Shown here: piece by piece, positions 14,560 through 16,928 of the stretch
Position numbering within the stretch: position 1 is the first letter of the stretch
Layout: each line of letters begins with the position of its first letter
Assembly (NCBI GenBank): GCA_048884785.1
Contig: JBHLQM010000068.1
Span: 1 to 16,928 of the forward strand
Origin: Candidatus Thorarchaeota archaeon
GTDB lineage: Archaea > Asgardarchaeota > Thorarchaeia > Thorarchaeales > Thorarchaeaceae
Direction of reading: 5' to 3'
DNA: 16,928 bases
Translations under genes and position numbers: made by a program
The notes under the pieces: generated by a model
What the model saw: only the letters and a program-made list of their open reading frames with translations
Told to the model about the DNA's origin: nothing
Database searches by the model: none

Positions 14560-15342
14560 ATGATGTACAAACGGAAATTAGCGGCTGCAAGCTTCGTAAG
14601 GAAGAGCAAGTTGATTATCGGCCTTGATTTGGTTGCGAATACATCAAATCCAAAAATGATTCAAGGAGAAAGCGATAGAATTCAGCAGAAGGCGCTCAGC
14701 ATAATTGAGAAGACAGCGGATTATGCCGCAGCATTCAAGATTAATCACCATCTTGTCCTGCCTCTCGGTCTATTCGATGGAGTTCCTCGAATTCTTGAGG
14801 CGATACACAATGCTGGACTAACTGCAATTATGGACTGCAAGGCTAATGATATAGGAGATACAAACAGGCAGATTGCTCGACACTACTTTGATGCAGGATT
14901 TGATGCCTTGATCGCTAATCCTTTTGTTGGCTTGGAGGGCGGTCTCGATTCCATATTTGAGATTGCACAGGCTGAACATCGGGGAGTCATTACATTATGC
15001 TATATGTCACATCCCGCTTCACATGAGGGCTATGGACTCTATGCAACCGACAATGAAAAGGGGAAGAATATGGAACCCGTTTACAGGATGTTTGCACGAC
15101 GAGCAAGAAATTGGGATACCGACGGAGTAATCGTAGGTGCAACTTATCCCAAAATCATTAGGGAAGTCAAATCAATACTTGGAGATGCTGTTCCTATCAT
15201 TAGTCCAGGAGTTGGTGCTCAGGGTGCAAGTGCACGTGAGGCAATTGATGCCGGCGCTTCTTATATCATTGCGGCAAGATCAATTACTAATGCCGAAGAT
15301 CCCGCTCACACTGCAAAGAGCTTGGTAGAAGAAATGGAATGA
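14560..15342 (+). CDS. pyrF: Orotidine-5'-phosphate decarboxylase
   Basis: LIIGLD, catalytic DCKANDIGDT (DxKxxDIxxT), MSHP, VGATYP, SPGVGAQG, ARSI. Confidence 0.96.
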   Translation: MMYKRKLAAASFVRKSKLIIGLDLVANTSNPKMIQGESDRIQQKALSIIEKTADYAAAFKINHHLVLPLGLFDGVPRILEAIHNAGLTAIMDCKANDIGDTNRQIARHYFDAGFDALIANPFVGLEGGLDSIFEIAQAEHRGVITLCYMSHPASHEGYGLYATDNEKGKNMEPVYRMFARRARNWDTDGVIVGATYPKIIREVKSILGDAVPIISPGVGAQGASAREAIDAGASYIIAARSITNAEDPAHTAKSLVEEME

Positions 15343-15490
15343 CACGAGACTTCAGAAGTACAAAAATGAACATCGTGGCTCGGATTAGAACGTTATAACC
15401 GATGCCAAGTTAGAAACAGATAAAGGCATTCCAAGAGATTTTCTCACGAAATGTACAGAGTTGTACATGGGGATTTTGGAGTCGTTCCAG

Positions 15491-16759
15491 ATGGCGAATG
15501 ATAATGGATATACCTTCTCTAGCTGGACCTCCTTCATTGAGGAGTCTCAGATTCGTGCTCTTTTGAAATACAAAGTACATTACTACTTCGCAGGTGGCAA
15601 GCCTGGCATAATGCCCACTGATATTTTTGCAACAATTCTTGAACAGATTGGTGGTCTATATCGAGAAGATCCTCAAATGGCACTTGAGGATTTGAACTAT
15701 GGCCCCACAGGCGGACAGCCCTATTTTCTTAAGACGCTTGCAAAGAGACTCTGCGATGTTCGATCTATCCCAATTGATTGCGAGGATGAATGGGAACGTG
15801 TTTCTATAACCAATGGTTCCCAGCAGGCGCTCTATGCACTTCTTGATACTCTCATAGACCCCGGTGATGTGATAATAACTCCTTCACCTGCATATCTTGG
15901 CTTTTTGGTTCCAGCTGTTAAACTGGGTGCCCGAGTTATCACAATCCCAACAGATCTTGAAGGGATGATTCCTGAATATGTCGAAAAGGCAATATTTGCA
16001 TCAAAGGTGAAATTTGGCAAGAGTCCAGATATTCTATATGCTGTACCTGATTCTGACAATCCCAAAGGCACAACGATACCACAGAAGAGAAGACAGGCTC
16101 TCTTTGATCTTTGTGAGAATCATAATATTTTGCTAATCGAAGACTCTGCATATGCTGAGATACAATTCAAGAAGAATCCTAAACCAATCAAGGTTCTTGA
16201 CAAGGAGAATCAACGAGTTGCCTATCTTGGCACCACCAGCAAAGAGGCGGCCGTACTGAGAGTCGGCTACTCTGTCATGCCCGACCATGTGAGAGAGCAG
16301 GTTCTGAAGGATAAAGGGTATCTGGATCTCTGCACTGCATCGCTTGTTCAACGCATTCTAGATATCTACTACAGAGAATATATCGATGAAGCCATGCGAA
16401 AAGCTATTCCTCTCTACAAACAAAGATATGAGGCAATGGCCAAGGCAATTGATGCTTCATTTCCGGATGGTACTAGAACTGATCCGACAGGTGGATTTTT
16501 CATCTGGTGGGAGAGTGCAAACAAGAATTTTGATAGTGCAAAATTCATGCAGGAATATGCTATCCCTAATGATGTACTCTATGTCCCTGGAGGGCCATTT
16601 TATCCTATAGTTGGATACAATTTAAGCGCAAATGGAAATGATCTCATCCCAAGCAAACCAGAGCTTAACACTATGCGACTTGGATTCTCATATCGATCTC
16701 CAGAAGTTATTTCTGAGGGGATTGAACGACTCGGGAAACTCCTATCTGAGCATCAGTAG
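15491..16759 (+). CDS. PLP-dependent aminotransferase class I/II (LysN/aromatic/2-aminoadipate transaminase-like)
   Basis: FAGGKP, YGPTGG, ITNGSQQAL, PAYLG, NPKG, IEDSAY, PLP lysine in GTTSK, LRVGY, GGFFIW, VPGGPF, MRLGFS. Start at 15491 (MANDNG) follows GGAG; the track gives 15461. Confidence 0.93.
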   Translation: MANDNGYTFSSWTSFIEESQIRALLKYKVHYYFAGGKPGIMPTDIFATILEQIGGLYREDPQMALEDLNYGPTGGQPYFLKTLAKRLCDVRSIPIDCEDEWERVSITNGSQQALYALLDTLIDPGDVIITPSPAYLGFLVPAVKLGARVITIPTDLEGMIPEYVEKAIFASKVKFGKSPDILYAVPDSDNPKGTTIPQKRRQALFDLCENHNILLIEDSAYAEIQFKKNPKPIKVLDKENQRVAYLGTTSKEAAVLRVGYSVMPDHVREQVLKDKGYLDLCTASLVQRILDIYYREYIDEAMRKAIPLYKQRYEAMAKAIDASFPDGTRTDPTGGFFIWWESANKNFDSAKFMQEYAIPNDVLYVPGGPFYPIVGYNLSANGNDLIPSKPELNTMRLGFSYRSPEVISEGIERLGKLLSEHQ

Positions 16760-16793
16760 CCTTTCGAAGCAAACGGGTTTCCTCATCGGGCAA

Positions 16794-16928
16794 CTATATT
16801 GAGAAGTTGACAAAAAGTGTAGCTCCATTTTTCATCTCTGGAATGTATGCCCTCTGGTAAGGTCCAAAGAGGTCTGAAAATCCTGAGTTTATTGCCCAAT
16901 CAATCCACGCCCATGAAGACTCCTGAGC
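16794..16928 (-). CDS. C-terminal fragment of an unidentified gene entering from the right edge
   Basis: The only minus frame open from the edge to near the aminotransferase stop: AQESSWAWIDWAINSGFSDLFGPYQRAYIPEMKNGATLFVNFSI*, stop at 16794-16796. Confidence 0.5.
   Translation of the reverse strand, partial: AQESSWAWIDWAINSGFSDLFGPYQRAYIPEMKNGATLFVNFSI

Overview
Archaeal chromosomal window with GGTGA/GAGGT-type ribosome-binding sites, TATA-like promoters, and archaeal A/V-type ATPase, TrmI and HerA-family genes. The gene content suggests an Asgard archaeon, possibly Thorarchaeia; this is inference only. The left third carries a split A/V-type ATP synthase cluster containing only membrane, rotor-adaptor and peripheral-stalk genes, in three transcription units: C-K (+), H-E (-) and I (+). 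Subunits A, B, D and F are absent from the window. The cluster is flanked by an AtpZ/Atp1-like 2-TM protein, an unknown 4-TM protein and a 774-aa alpha-solenoid protein. The atpH/atpI divergent spacer holds a set of nested perfect inverted repeats. A two-gene operon (Cys-motif protein plus coiled-coil/winged-HTH protein) follows, preceded by a 10-bp-phased TGTCGATT direct-repeat array lying over its promoter. The rest comprises trmI, a stand-alone HerA-like ATPase with an extra C-terminal region, a small conserved archaeal protein with a palindromic TATA, a Nudix hydrolase paired with a multi-TM protein, pyrF and a PLP aminotransferase. Partial genes lie at both edges (larA-like at left). No tRNA, rRNA, CRISPR array or transposase was recognised.
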